Below are positions 41,241-55,053 of a stretch of 64,000 nt of DNA, piece after piece. Numbering within the stretch: the stretch's first letter is position 1; every line of letters starts with the position of its first letter. Location of the stretch: positions 139,996,001 to 140,060,000 of the forward strand of contig OX597815.1 in NCBI GenBank assembly GCA_951406725.2. Reading direction: 5' to 3'. The notes beneath the pieces were generated by a model. It ran no database searches. It was not told the origin of the DNA and was given only the letters and a program-made list of their open reading frames with translations. This DNA comes from Octopus vulgaris. Lineage: Eukaryota. The position numbers and the translations under genes are program-made.

Positions 41241-41468
41241 GCAAATATATATACATATATATTTTTACATGCATACATACACACACACACACATAATACA
41301 TGCGTATATTCCTACTGTACCCATGCATTTCTATACATATATACATACATACATACGATACACATATACAAGCGTGCACATATAATATGTGAAAGGTCTT
41401 AGGAGAAAAGGTAATCGGGGGTGCTAGGGGAACAGTGGGGTTGGGGGGGGGGTTGGGGGGGGTTGTCA

Positions 41469-42508
41469 TCAATCAGGTTGCCGGGTAGGTCTATAGTTCT
41501 TGTAGTTCGCATACTTCTTATGCATGCAATTTGGGGAGTGTTCTGAAAATTTGTTAAGGAGAGGGCCTTTGGCGAACAGGATCTCTAGGCTCTCTGATAT
41601 GCATAGGTCACAGCAGGTATGTCCTCCTGTGTACGAGCGCGCCTTCTGTAGTAGTTTCCACTTGGTCTTGAAGGGGATTGAGTTCCTTTTAAGGTACCAG
41701 ATGTGGGCGGCGAGGGTAGTTTGGTTGGATTTATCCTGTCGCCGGAACGAGTGTGTATGTGCATACCAGCGGGTCTTAAAGCTGTTTGACGTCATTCCAA
41801 TGTAGGATTTACTTTTATCGTCAAGGCCTGATCTTACCTCGCATTTATATACTAGGTCCCTCTGTAGGCAGTTGTTGTTGAGGGGGCAGGTGGTTTTATC
41901 ATGGCAGTTGCAATTGCTATCGGACGTTGGATGGGCCCCGGAGAAAGTAGATATGTTAAGTTTTTTCACATTGTTGTTGGCTAGGTTCCTGGCTAGGTTG
42001 GGCGTGGTAGAGTAGGAGAGTCTAATAGTGTTCTTATTTAGGATAGTGTAGTACTTATGTTGGGTGGGGAAGTGTTTCTGTAGGAGAGTGAAAAAGATCT
42101 TAGCTACAGGTGTAGCGACCTCACGGTTGAAGGGGGGTTGTACCAGCTAATGTGTCTTCGTCTATTTTTCCTGGGCTGGCGTGGGGCTATACTAGTGTAG
42201 GTAATCTTATCTTTAAAACCACTGCGGGCCAGGGCCTCGTTGTAATAGGGGGCTGCGGCCTTAAAGATATCTTCCGTGGCGGACAGGCTAGAGATTCTAA
42301 TTGAGACACTTTTTACTAGGTTATCTAATATATTTCTGGGGTGGTTGGAATTGATATCTATATATCTAAGGGATTCATTTGGTTTGTGGTACGGGTAATA
42401 AAGTGAGGTTTTTAAGTCGAGGGTGACATCTAGGAAGTTAGCCTTAGTTAAGTTGGATTCTAGGGTAATCCTAAGGCCTAAGTTTTTAAAGAAGGTGTGA
42501 AGATTTTT
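41469..42508 (-). pseudogene. Penelope-like ORF, 5'-truncated: RT thumb, CxCx5Cx5C linker, GIY-YIG endonuclease with CCHH residues (Naiad-like)
   Basis: KNLGLRITLE..ANFLDVTLDL..YHKPN..SNHP..YYNEALARSGF..ISWYNPP/FN..NKNTIRLSYS..CNCHDKTTCPLNNNC..LVYKCEV..SYIGMT..FKTRWYAH..HIW..CDLC..LLNKFSE..CMH; single 1-nt frameshift in the G6 run at 42132-42137. Confidence 0.93.
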
Positions 42509-42593
42509 CTGAACACTTGATGAAATTGATTAATAACTAATTAACTTTACCCTCCCTTGTTGATATATATATACATATGTATATGTGTACATG

Positions 42594-42638
<45 letters not shown>

Positions 42639-43138
42639 ATGTGTGTATGTATGTATTTGTATATGTGTGTGTGTATATGTATGTGTGCGCGTGTGTGTGT
42701 ATGTATGTGTATGTATAATTGTATATGTATATGCATGAATGTATATATATGTGTGTGTATATGTGTATTATGTATGTATTTATATAGATATGTAGTTTAT
42801 ATATATATATGTATGTATATGCATCTGTCTGTGTGTGTGTATGTGTATATATGTGTATCTTTTTTGCGTATGTATACATGTATATGTGTATATGTATGTG
42901 TGTGTGTGTGTGTATATATGTATATATATATATATGTGTATATATATGTATATATATATATGCATACGTATGTGTATGTACATGTATATATGTATGTGTG
43001 TATATGTGTATATGTTTATATATGTGAGTATGTAGTGATATAAGTATATGCATGTGTATGTATGGGTATGTGTATCAGTGTATATGTATATATGTATGTG
43101 TGTGTGTATGTATATGTATGTATATGTGTATATATGTA

Positions 43139-43173
<35 letters not shown>

Positions 43174-43242
43174 GTGTATATGTGTGTATGTATGTGTATG
43201 TGTATGTATGTGTATATATATCTATATATGTATATATATATG

Positions 43243-43276
<34 letters not shown>

Positions 43277-43772
43277 TGAGTGCGTGTGTGTATGTATGCA
43301 TATATGTATGTATGCATGTATATGTGTATGTATATATATGTGTGTAAGTGTGTGCATATATGTGTTTGTAAGTATGTGTGCGCGTATGAGTATGTATGTA
43401 TGCTTGCACACGTGTATATATATGTGTGAGTGTGTATATATATGGATGCGCGTGCGTGTGTGCACGTGTATGGGTACGCATGTATATGTGTATGTGCGTG
43501 TATGCGTATACGTGTATGTATGTATGTGTGTGCGTAGATTTGTATATGTATGTGTGAGTGTGTATATATATATATATATATATATACATATATATAGATG
43601 GGTGTGTGTATGCGTATAAATGCATGTAAGTATGGATGTATGGATGTATGTATGTATGTATACGTATGTATGTGTGTATGTGTGTATGTATATATATATG
43701 TGTGTATATATGTTTGTGTATGTATATATATGTGTATGTATGTGTGTGTATATGTATGTGTGTATGTGTATG

Positions 43773-43822
<50 letters not shown>

Positions 43823-44690
43823 TATGTATCTGTATGTAGGAGTATATATGTGTGTGTGTGTATGTATATGCGGGTATATATATACATATGTATATTTATT
43901 GGTGTATATGTATAGACTAGCCTCCTAAAGTGTAGACACGAATCTGTAGGTACGAGTAAGTATGTGTATATACGTGAACGTATGTAGATGTTTGTATGTA
44001 TGAATATAACGCGTGCGTACGTGTATGTGTATGAGTGTACGAATGGGTGAATGTACGTGCTAATGAGTGTGCGTGCGGGAATGAGTACTTGCCTTCTAGT
44101 AGACAGACAAATGGACATGCAGCCATTGCCAGGATTCTTAGCCCTAGCGATCAAAGATAACAAAAGTAATAAATGAAGATAATAAAATTAAAATTAGGGA
44201 ATGGGCCTGTATTGGATTGTATATATATATATGTATATGTATATTTGTATGTATGTATGTGTGTATGTGTAGGTATGTATAGGTACACATGAGTATGTGT
44301 ATGTGTATGTATATATGTGTGTATGTATGTATGTGCACACATGTATATATATGTATGCGTGTATATGTTTATATATATATATATGTGTACATAGGTGTAT
44401 GTATATATAGGTGTAAATATGTGTATATAGGGAACTAGGTGTGTTGTGTGTGCATGAGTGTATGTGCGTATGAATATATATTTTTATGTGTATATATGTA
44501 TGTGTGGTCGTGGGTATATATATATATATATATACATGTGTGTATGCGTGCATGCATGGGAGTGAGTGTATGCATATATACGTGTGTGTATGTGTAGACA
44601 GGTATAGGCATGTGCATGTGTATAAATTTGTATATGTGGGCGGGTGTATGTATGTGTGTATGTAGATATGTATGTATGTGTGTACATATG

Positions 44691-44741
<51 letters not shown>

Positions 44742-45270
44742 ATATATATGTGTATGTATGTATGTGTGTGTAGATACGTATACATGTGTGTATAGGTATA
44801 AGTGAGAATCTCCTTATTTACCTATAACTCTATCCCCCCTTTTTTATATATATATATTTTTTTATATATATATTTTATATATATATTTTTTTATATATAT
44901 TTTTTATATTTTTTATTTTTTTATTTTTTTATTTTATTTTTTTATTTTTTTATTTTTTTATTTTTTATTTATTTATTTTTTTATTTATCTATTCTTTCAT
45001 CTAACTTACCACTGACTCCTTGACCACTCCCCAAAGTATGATATTTTGCGCTATGCCTACCCCCAAAAAAGTCCCCCACCACCACTCCTTTAAACCTGCC
45101 TAAATGTATAAATGCTAATACAATTCTTGTTAAATAGCTTCCTGAAGATTTCTCTTGAATGAAACAGTACTAGTCCTGTAGAAGCTCCTTCTATATAATA
45201 AATTAATTTTACTCTGCTATGTATTGAGTACCTTACTTACTGTGGTTAACCCCGAATCAACCCGGGACCT
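42509..45270 (+). repeat. Right inverted arm plus unduplicated tail (45204-45270)
   Basis: Begins CTGAACACTTGATGAAATTG (mirror of 40909-40928); ends ..GGTTAACCCCGAATCAACCCGGGACCT. Confidence 0.97.
45136..45186 (+). ncRNA. Type I hammerhead ribozyme motif; predicted cleavage after GUA at 45180
   Basis: Stem I agcttc/gaagct, CTGAAGA 45142-45148, short stem II (ttc/gaa), GAAA 45161-45164, stem III ACAG/CTGT. Confidence 0.75.
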
Positions 45271-45272
45271 AC

Positions 45273-45344
<72 letters not shown>

Positions 45345-45624
45345 GGATCTATATATCTGTATATATTACATACACATGCACACGCGCACGCGCACGAGCA
45401 CAAACATATATACATAGCACTTTTAAAGACGTTTTCTCCATATACTAATACCACTCTCTGTAGGCATTGTTTAGACATGGTGAAAGCACTGTCTTGTAGC
45501 CACTGTCTCCATTTCATATTGGAAAATTGCAATCTATAAGCACTATTTCTGCATCGTAATAACGCTCCAGGCACAATTAGTCTACAGTAAAATTACTGTT
45601 CTATTACTACGAAACTATAAACAA

Positions 45625-45945
45625 CTGACGCGATAAATAACAGCAATGTAAACAACAATTAACTGTGGAAACAGCAATTAACATTATAAACAATAGTTAT
45701 TAATAAAAAAAAACAACAGTTTACATTATAAACAATAATTACTAATGAAAACAAGTTTACATTATAAAGAATAATTAAGAGTGTTAACGGTATACGCAAA
45801 AATAAATGCTATAAACATTAATTAACACAAAACGCAATAAACAGGCAATTGACATAGTCAACAACAATTAATACTATAAATAATAATCAACAATATAAAC
45901 AACCGTGAACATCATAAACAATAATTAAGAATATATATACAACAA
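45625..45945. repeat. Degenerate AT-rich ~20-bp tandem repeat
   Basis: Recurring (T)ATAAACAA(T/C)AATTAAC-like units. Confidence 0.7.
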
Positions 45946-47874
45946 TGAGCTGTGTAAATAGTGAGAACAGAAAGGGGAGATTTATTTTATAGCTAAGAGG
46001 AAATGCCTTCAGGGAGTTGTTGCATCCTGAATTCAATATGGTGGAGAGTGACATAAATAAAACAGTGAATCGGAAAATTTCGATTAACTGAGATTATCTT
46101 TGTAATTAGTAGATAAATCGTGTTGTAAAATTAAGTCCCATGAGGGCTTTTCTGCAGCTTGAGAATTCAACTGGTTGATTTTATAGTGAGTTAAGTTTCT
46201 CCCAGGATCTACTTACCTTTCTTTTCCAGAATTCCAGTGAAGACTATTGATTAAACTGTAAACGAATGTGTAGTACCGAGGCATATCTGATTTACATAAT
46301 AATACTATCTTTATAGTAGTAAGTGTGCATCAGTTATTGAAGCTGAAACCGTTCTGCTGTTTTCCCTGTAGGTCATTATAGTACATATCAGTCACACCAC
46401 CACTAATATCACCGTCACGTTTCTCAACAGTAACAGCCGGGGTTCCTTATTTAATAAACATTCAAAATCTTTAATAATCATCCAAAGAAACTGATCCTGA
46501 GATCGAATCATTGAATTTCCCTTTCCTAGGCCAAATACCAGAAACGGTTATTTAAAATTGCATATAAAAAAATATATATAAGCAAAACTAATAATCTCGA
46601 AAAGATTTACACGAATTTGCAGCATTAATACTAACAGAACAGCTTCGAAACGTGATAATGTTAAGTATTCGGGAGCCATTATTACATCAGATTGAAAAAG
46701 CATCAAGAAATTAAGTCAAGAATTAGATAGGCAAGACTGATTTTAATGAGATTAAGCATTTATTGTGAAATATACGAGTAGCAATAAGAGCAAAGAAAAG
46801 AGTTTTAGAGGCAAAGACAGAGTCCCGTCTGACATTTAGTTAAGGACATAGCGCATTAACATAGAAATACAAATAACTGTCAACGTTGCAGTGAAGTGAC
46901 TCTTTAGAAGTATTCTGAAGGTGTCCTATGTAGACAGTGACAAACATCGAGGGCCTTAGATAATCAAAACTTACGAGAAAGCTTCTCAACGACGTAAGAC
47001 GTTACACTCAGCTTATGAGAAGAAAAAGCTTCGAACACTTGGTGATAAGAAGGAAACTGAAAAGAAAGAGAAGATAGAGGAGACCGAGAAGGACAAGATG
47101 GCCTTAGCAGCGTAGACGGACCCAGTAACGTGCCAAGTTGCGAGTGGAACGCGCGCAGGTGGAGGTCCTTGACCGCCGAAATCTGTTGGTATGTCACGTA
47201 AAAAGTGTATTCGATTAGATTTCTTTTGAAAATTCTATAATACTGAACACATTGCTGATTATGTAAAATAAACTTATAAATTGAAGAGCAATTGATAAAG
47301 CTAGACACAGGCTATATAAGAAGGCTACTGTCGCCCTGAAATACTGCAAAACTTAAATTAATCTAATTGATATTGAATATTGGCAGCACGGTAGTAAAGT
47401 TTGCAAAAGCAAATAAACTGAATTTGTTTTTTGTAACAAGATAATAAACACTACTGCGTGTTCCACAATATAATTGAAGAAACAGGTGAACTAGTGTGGT
47501 CTATAAATCAGCAACCAACTGAATATACAGCACCATTCCAGTGTTAGATATTTACACAAAGACAGAATCAATATGTTGTCTGTCATGCAACGGAGCTGAG
47601 TCTGAATATTTGCTGCCAAATGTTACAGTTATAAACTTTCACCAGAAACTGTTCTTCCAAGTAAACATTTAAATCTGAAATTTGCATTGCAATTGTTGTT
47701 CAGGAATATAAACGGTGATGTTAGTAGGAACCATTTGCATGGTGTCTTGGATGTGAATATATTAGCTGACATTTGAATTTAAATAAGTCAATCAGTTTTC
47801 CAAATAGGTTAGTGACACCTGAACTAATAGACTACGTACAGGTGATTGTCAAAATATGATAGATCGACAAGACC

Positions 47875-47912
<38 letters not shown>

Positions 47913-48106
47913 CAACAGCAATAACAAATTAAAAGAAGACCACTGTGACAGCAACAATGATAAACCAATGAGGTTTTTAATACAATTGGTCACCTACAAG
48001 AAATAGCAGCTAAAACAATTCTTTAAATCCATACCCTGTTGTTTTGAATAAAGGAAAGACATTGAGCAAAGTAATCCCTAATATATACAATGCCTAATAT
48101 ATACAA

Positions 48107-48332
48107 GGCGGCGAGCTGGCAGAAACGTTAGCACGGCGGGCGAAATGCTTTGCGGTATTTCGTCTGCCGCTACGTTTTGAGTTCAAATTCCGCCGAGGTC
48201 GACTTTTCCTTTCATCCTTTCGGGGTCGATAAATTAAGTACCAGTTTCGCACTGGGGTCGATGTAATCGACTTAATCCGTTTGTCTGTCCTTGTTTGTCC
48301 CGTCTATGTTTAGCCCCTTGTGGGTATTAAAG
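48107..48332 (+). mobile_element. SINE family A
   Basis: Near-identical to 3277-3507; possible TSD ATATATACAA. Confidence 0.92.
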
Positions 48333-48509
48333 ATATATATGTATATATATATATATATATATACAATGTTGAAAGGATTTTGATCATGAGTTCTGCTGGA
48401 TCAGGACCGACCTCAGGCTAAACAACAACAACGGATCAATTTTATCCGGAAGAAAGATCAGCCAAATTTCCCTCAAATACACCTTACTTCCTTAATAAAG
48501 GACACGTTG

Positions 48510-48586
48510 TACAGGGTGTCTCAAAAATCATTGCTGGGTTTCAATTTTTAATAACTTCCTTAACTTTACTTGTGGGACACGCTGTA
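48510..48586. mobile_element. Tiny Tc1-type MITE remnant
   Basis: TACAGGGTGTC ... GACACGCTGTA terminal inverted repeats with TA ends. Confidence 0.55.
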
Positions 48587-49467
48587 TAACATAGTGTGAA
48601 GTAGACTACTCCCGAAAATAAGACGCGAGGGTCATAGTTGGGTTGTGTTCAGAACTTGTATCGTGCGTGGGGTGTGGGGTGGTGGTGGATGCGTATGTTA
48701 AACAACTACCACAACAACAACAGCTACACGCATAATTGTTCCTGATATTAATATAGGCATAATTAGAAGTTTTCTATAGTAGAGAGTGATGAGGGGTTAT
48801 GGCATTCATGCCCTTCCAGAAGATGATAGTGACTTACGATGGAGAAAGTGATTTTCACAGCAAGCTTTAAGTGGATCGCGATCTCGGTTCTCCAAAACTG
48901 AGTTCTGGTGGCATTCAGTTTTTCACTCACTCATAGTATTCTCGTTCCTACACACACACACACACGCACACACACAAACACACACACACGCACACACACA
49001 CATACACACACACAAACACACACACTTCCACTCACTCACGCACACATACATACACACATACACAGGCACACACAGGCACACACACATACACATACGCTCA
49101 TACACACAGATACACGTTCACGCACATACACACACACACACACATGCAGAGTTGTGTATGTGTGCGTACGATTGAAACGCCACTACGCCTTAGATTTTAC
49201 CGTTTATTTAGTATCTTCATGACTTCTTATTAGTTTTTAATGTAGACTCTTGGGTTCACACGAACTTAGGCAACCGATTCCATCATCATACAAAAATATA
49301 CATATACACACAACTGCACAGCGGGAACACAAGCAGAGGATTTCTGTAAGTGTCACGCGCCTAATCTCACTACTTCAGATAACCGCATTATCAACACCAT
49401 TAATTACTACTGGCATCATCATCATTATTATCATCATCATCATCACCATCACCATCATCACCATCAC

Positions 49468-49512
<45 letters not shown>

Positions 49513-49586
49513 ATCATCATCATCATCATCATCATCACCATCACCATCATCACCATCACCATCGTCACAATCGTCACCATCACCAC

Positions 49587-49633
<47 letters not shown>

Positions 49634-51189
49634 CTACTATCATCACCATCTTCACTACGACCACCACTACGACCACCACTACACCACCACGACCACCACG
49701 ACCACCACAACCACCACGACCACCACGACCACGACCACCACAACCACCACGACCACCACGACCACGACCACGACCACGACGACCACCACCACCACCGCTA
49801 TTACCACTGTCACTACCGTCACCACCACTCAGTGAGAGCCAAGGTTGTGAGCTAAAAGTTCATGAAATCAACAAGTTTTTGTATATCAGATAAATATAAC
49901 GAGTTCTTCGGACCAGGAACGAAACCCCTGACTTTCGACATTTGGGTAATTGTACAACTGTAACATTTACGTCCTCAAAAAACAGCAGGGTTAATTAAGT
50001 GAAGCGAAACAATTTCTACCGAGAATCGTAACAGTGCTTCAGAGTAAACACGCTCGCATTCTACCCTCTGTTCTATGGTTCTCATCACAAACTTATCAAA
50101 CAACTTCAAAAACTACGTAACATAATTTATTAACAGTATGTAGTCGCTTCGCAGAGCATCAAATAAATCACTATTGAAATGTCTTCGATGAAATATGAAA
50201 CAAATAACACCCTCACCGCCCACAGCCAATACTATATTGAAGCACCGGCTGCAATGCGTATCATATGTTTCTGTCGGGGCACCGTTATTGGCATGCCATT
50301 CATTAAATTTGCAATCTATCTGAAATGCGTCTGTTGCTAGCATAGAAAAGATATGTAGATTACTGTTACGCTAAGTAACATTGAATATAAATACTAGTCG
50401 TTGTAGCCTCATGTAAAGAGAAGAATACAATCACCAATTCCTTAATGCGACTTCCGGTGCGATGAATAAAGTTCCAATTCAGAGAAGGTTCTGCACATTT
50501 GAAAGCGTAACTTTGCATGTCAATGATGCACCAAATATTTGATCTTTCAGTCTCTTGTTTGACGGAAATTCTTTTAGCTGACAGCAAAAACGGAACTCCT
50601 CCCATATCTAGCTAAGTTTCCTTAAATAAACTCATTGTTCGAAATTGACAGCAAAAACTAATTTTAAGAATAACTTAAGGTTAATCATCATGTGGTATTA
50701 AGGCACAGACTTACGCCTCTCCCATCACGTGAGCGCGCGCACACACAAAGATATGCAAATATATACACACATATATTGCTTTCTGTCTTTCTTTAATCTT
50801 TTCTATCTTTCCTTTTCGTCTTCCTTCAGAACATGCACAAACACACTTTTGCACACACGTACGCAAACATTTACCGCTCTCTACACATACCACCCCCTAC
50901 CTCTTCTTACACAAAAACACACATTTATGCTCACACACATGCATAAAACTGCATTCACACACGCACAGTATTTATACATATATAGACGTAAATCTTGCTG
51001 CTCTCATCCGTTCGGACACAAATACACATGCGCACATCACTCACTCAATGTACAGACAAATGACATATTCAAAGAAAGACTATAATGCATGTGTGTGTGT
51101 GTGTGCGTGCGCGTGCGCGTATACACACATAGACTGACACAAATACAGGTGCATGCTTCTACATACATTATAAACACACACAAATTATT

Positions 51190-51365
51190 CTTTTATTCTT
51201 TTACTTGCTTCAGTCGTTTGACTGCGGCCATGCTGGAACACCGCCTTTAGTCGAACAAATCGACCCCAGGACTTACTCTTTGTAAACCTAGTATTTATTC
51301 TATTAGTCGGTTGTCAGGCGATGTTGAGGGGGGATAAACATAGACACACAAACACACACACACAT

Positions 51366-51441
<76 letters not shown>

Positions 51442-51585
51442 CGGGTTTCTTTTAGTTTCTGTCTACCAAATCCACTCATAAGGCTTTCGTCGGCCCGAGG
51501 TTATAGTAGAAGACACGTACCCAAGGGACTGAACTCGGAACCATGTGGTTGGTAAGCAAGCTACTTACCACATAGCCACTCCTGC
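51190..51585 (-). mobile_element. SINE family B with internal (CA)n
   Basis: Matches 14270-14659. Confidence 0.88.
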
Positions 51586-51589
51586 ATAT

Positions 51590-51622
<33 letters not shown>

Positions 51623-51758
51623 TATATGTATATATATATATAATATAAAATATGAATAAACACGTTTGTATGAGTATATATATGTATGTGTATGTATGTA
51701 TGTATGTACGTATGTATGCATGTATGTATGTATGTATGTATGTATGTATGTATCTATC

Positions 51759-51817
<59 letters not shown>

Positions 51818-52468
51818 GCACGCATATATATTCATTAATATATGCATAGAGGCACTCATAAATGTATGTATAAAAATATACATAGACGTACACATATACA
51901 TTTATATATAAATATATATACACACATAATTCACTTTTACTTACCCACACCCCACACTGTGACACGCTATCCCAAGATGCAGCACAATGCAGATATATTA
52001 GTCACCTGTGCGCACCTCTGCAATTACCCCGTCCCACACAGTTGCACGCTATCCCAGAATGCATCATGTTGCAGTTATATTAGTCACACAAACCAAACTA
52101 ATTAGAGCAGGTATTTTTTTTAAAAAATTATTGAAAATATATAAATATAACTTTTGGTAGGTGGTGGTAGTACAGGTGGTGGCGTTGGTGTGGTTGTTTT
52201 CTTGGTGGTGGTGGTTGTGGAGGTGGTATTGGTGTTAGCAGTGGTTGATGCAGTTTAGGTGGAGGTGGCAATGTGTTTAGAAATGAAAGAGTAACAAGGT
52301 GTTAGCCTGATTAATAGCGGTTGACAAGTTGTGCTATTAGGTTATGTTTAGCCTCAGGTCTGCTCTCATCCAGCAGACATATGCTCAAAGACATTCCAGC
52401 CATGACCACGCCGCCTTTTTTCTTTTTTCAACCATAGAGTGCAGTGAATTACATACTGGTTTCACATT

Positions 52469-52670
52469 TTTGCACAAGGCCAGTAAGTCTGGGGAGGCGG
52501 GGAATCGATTACATCGACCCTAGGGTTCAACTGGTACTTATTTTATCGATCTCCGAAAGAATGAAAGGCAAAGTCAAACTCGGCGGAATTTGAACTGAGG
52601 ACGCGAAGACGGACGAAATTCCACTAAGCACTTCGCCCGGCGTGCTACCGATTCTGCTGACTCGCCGCCT
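52469..52670 (-). mobile_element. SINE family A (diverged)
   Basis: GAAAGGCAAAGTCAAACTCGGCGGAATTTGAACT..CTTCGCCCGGCGTGCTA..CTCGCCGCC. Confidence 0.85.
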
Positions 52671-53889
52671 TACATTGGTTTACATATTAAAACGACAAAG
52701 CTACCGCGGGGTACAACGGTGTGATACAGCGGTATAGTGGTGAAATGATATAGTACATAGTATAGCAGTGTAGCCGTATAGTGTAGTGTTGCAGTAGTGT
52801 AGTACCTAGTACATTAGTAAGTAGTTTTAAGTGTGGTTTTAGTAATGAAACGTTATACAACAAAAGCTGTAGTGTACTGTAGGGGTGTTATGCGTATTAC
52901 AATGTTGTAGTGGTACTGTGTAATATAGTAATATTGCGGTACTGCATTAGTATAGTAATGTTAGTTTCAGTGTTTATATATTTTAAGTAATGTACTGTGA
53001 AACCACAATCTTCTCAGAAATGTTTATATATTACATGAATTGGTGTGTTATTTTTATCAAATTCTGACACAAATACAATTGGAGGTTGTGACCTAAACAA
53101 AATACAATTTCTATTCTTACTGGTGAAACTGATGTACTTCATTCCATTTGGTTTCAATGTAGTTAACTTTTCTTCATACTTCACCTACATTGCTGTGTGC
53201 AGTAACACTTTTACTATTAATAACAAATAATGTGTAGAAAAGGAGAGCTGCACAATCGCCCACACACAAACTCACACACTTATAGAAAGGCAGACAAAAA
53301 GCAACGAAACCATTATTAATTCCCAAGAGATTTAAACTGTTTAAGAGTGCCACATGCAGAGAAGTTCTGCTCACGAAACGTTTTTATACCAGTTTAATCG
53401 AGAATTCTGCTTCTGTCTGATTGTCTATGTTTCTAACTTAACCTTTAAAATATACATTTGGTAAACCTCAACATAAAGATCACAGGTTTCCAAAGAAACG
53501 TAATTATTTCCCAGTTCATATATAAATCGTTTCTTTCGTCAATTCGAAAGCTTTTCAAAATAAGCAGATTTTTTTTTTCTTCTATTGTTCGTATATATGC
53601 ACGAAAAGATGTTTGGACTCCGTATAAAGGGCAATAAAACACCAGTTGCACTGATATGTGTATATATGTATATATATGTGCAATAAGAAGTTTATATGTA
53701 TGTACATTTCTTACGGAGAATCTATGGTTAGCGTCTGAAGAAGTTCAGCTATGGAGACGATAGAGAAGAAAACGAAGAGTAATCATTAGAATATATGTAT
53801 GTTTAAAGGTCTCGGCTGATGCCGTTATTTCTTTTAACTCCAGATGAAGCATCATTAAAAATCTTCTATCTAGAACCACAATATCTTTT

Positions 53890-54118
53890 ATCTTTTATTT
53901 GTTTCAGTCATATGATTGCGGCCATGCTGGGGCACCGCCTTGAAGGGTTTTAGTCAAACAAACTGACAGCAGGACTTATTATTTTTTTTGCACCTTGTCC
54001 TTAATTCTATCGGTCTCTTTCTTTTGTCGAACTGCTAAGTTACGGGTACCTAAACACACCAGTTGTCAAGCAGTGGTGGGGGACAAACACAGATACAAAG
54101 ACACACATATATAGATAC

Positions 54119-54203
<85 letters not shown>

Positions 54204-54395
54204 ACGGGTTTCTTTCAGCTTCCGTCAGCCATATCTACTCACAAGGATTTGTTCGGCCCGAGGCTATAGTAGAAGATATTAGCCGAAGGTGACACGCAGT
54301 ACGACTGAAACCAGAACCATGTGGTTAGGAAGCACCCACACAGCTACAACTGCTCCTATATAGCCACGCCTGCGCCTATATAGCCACGCCTGCAC
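53890..54395 (-). mobile_element. SINE family B (diverged) with a 20-bp tandem duplication at its head
   Basis: Family B tail and body; CTATATAGCCACGCCTGC repeated at 54356-54395. Confidence 0.8.
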
Positions 54396-54982
54396 CTAAT
54401 ACTGTACATTTCCTTCAGACATATTCTTTTACAACTATATTATCCAATTTAAATTATAGGATGTAGGGTGAAGGGAATTCGGTTGTTATTGCTAACATAT
54501 CCAGTCATTATGTAGAGGCTATTTCTCTCGGTGACTCGTATAGTTTACCATAAACGGAAGTGTTAGCCAAAAGACAGTACAAGTATGGATTATAACATTG
54601 CATACATTGTTATATATTTACCTATTTTACATACATCATGCAAGATAAATTCCATTTTTTGAAACTATAACCACTTCGAAAGACGGTAAACAAACCACCT
54701 GATAGAAATTGTGATCGACTCTAAATGAGAAAGTAAGATAATTTCAGGAATCAGGTATTATCCAAAACTGTCATCCATAAAGAAACTGATTATGTTGTGT
54801 TTTTTTTTTTCTGGAAACAACAGGATAAGAACGGTTTTATGTATCTCTCTCAATAAGCGTCATCAGCACAGCAATTTTTCTACTTTGACTTCTGAATACA
54901 TAAAATATAGCCCGATACAAAAGAGTAGAGAACATTTATAATTTAGAGTAATCAGTATAATCAATAGAGAATATATAAAAAA

Positions 54983-55053
54983 ATGAAAAAAAAAACAACT
55001 CGAAGAAATTATATATATATATATATATATATAATTTCTTCGAGTTGCTTTTT

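Larger units (their letters stand above)
38243..45270. mobile_element. Young Penelope-like retroelement insertion with inverted pseudo-LTR arrangement
   Basis: Inverted arms 38243-40928 and 42509-45203 enclose the 3' part of an RT/GIY-YIG ORF; ~67-bp tail 45204-45270 on one arm only; (TA)n on both flanks. Confidence 0.93.

Noticed and set aside
41400-41969. Selenocysteine recoding/SECIS, as reported for some Naiad-type PLEs
   Set aside because: All conserved Cys positions in this copy are ordinary Cys codons; the TGA TGA comes after the final conserved His, and I see no AUGA..AA..GA SECIS fold downstream
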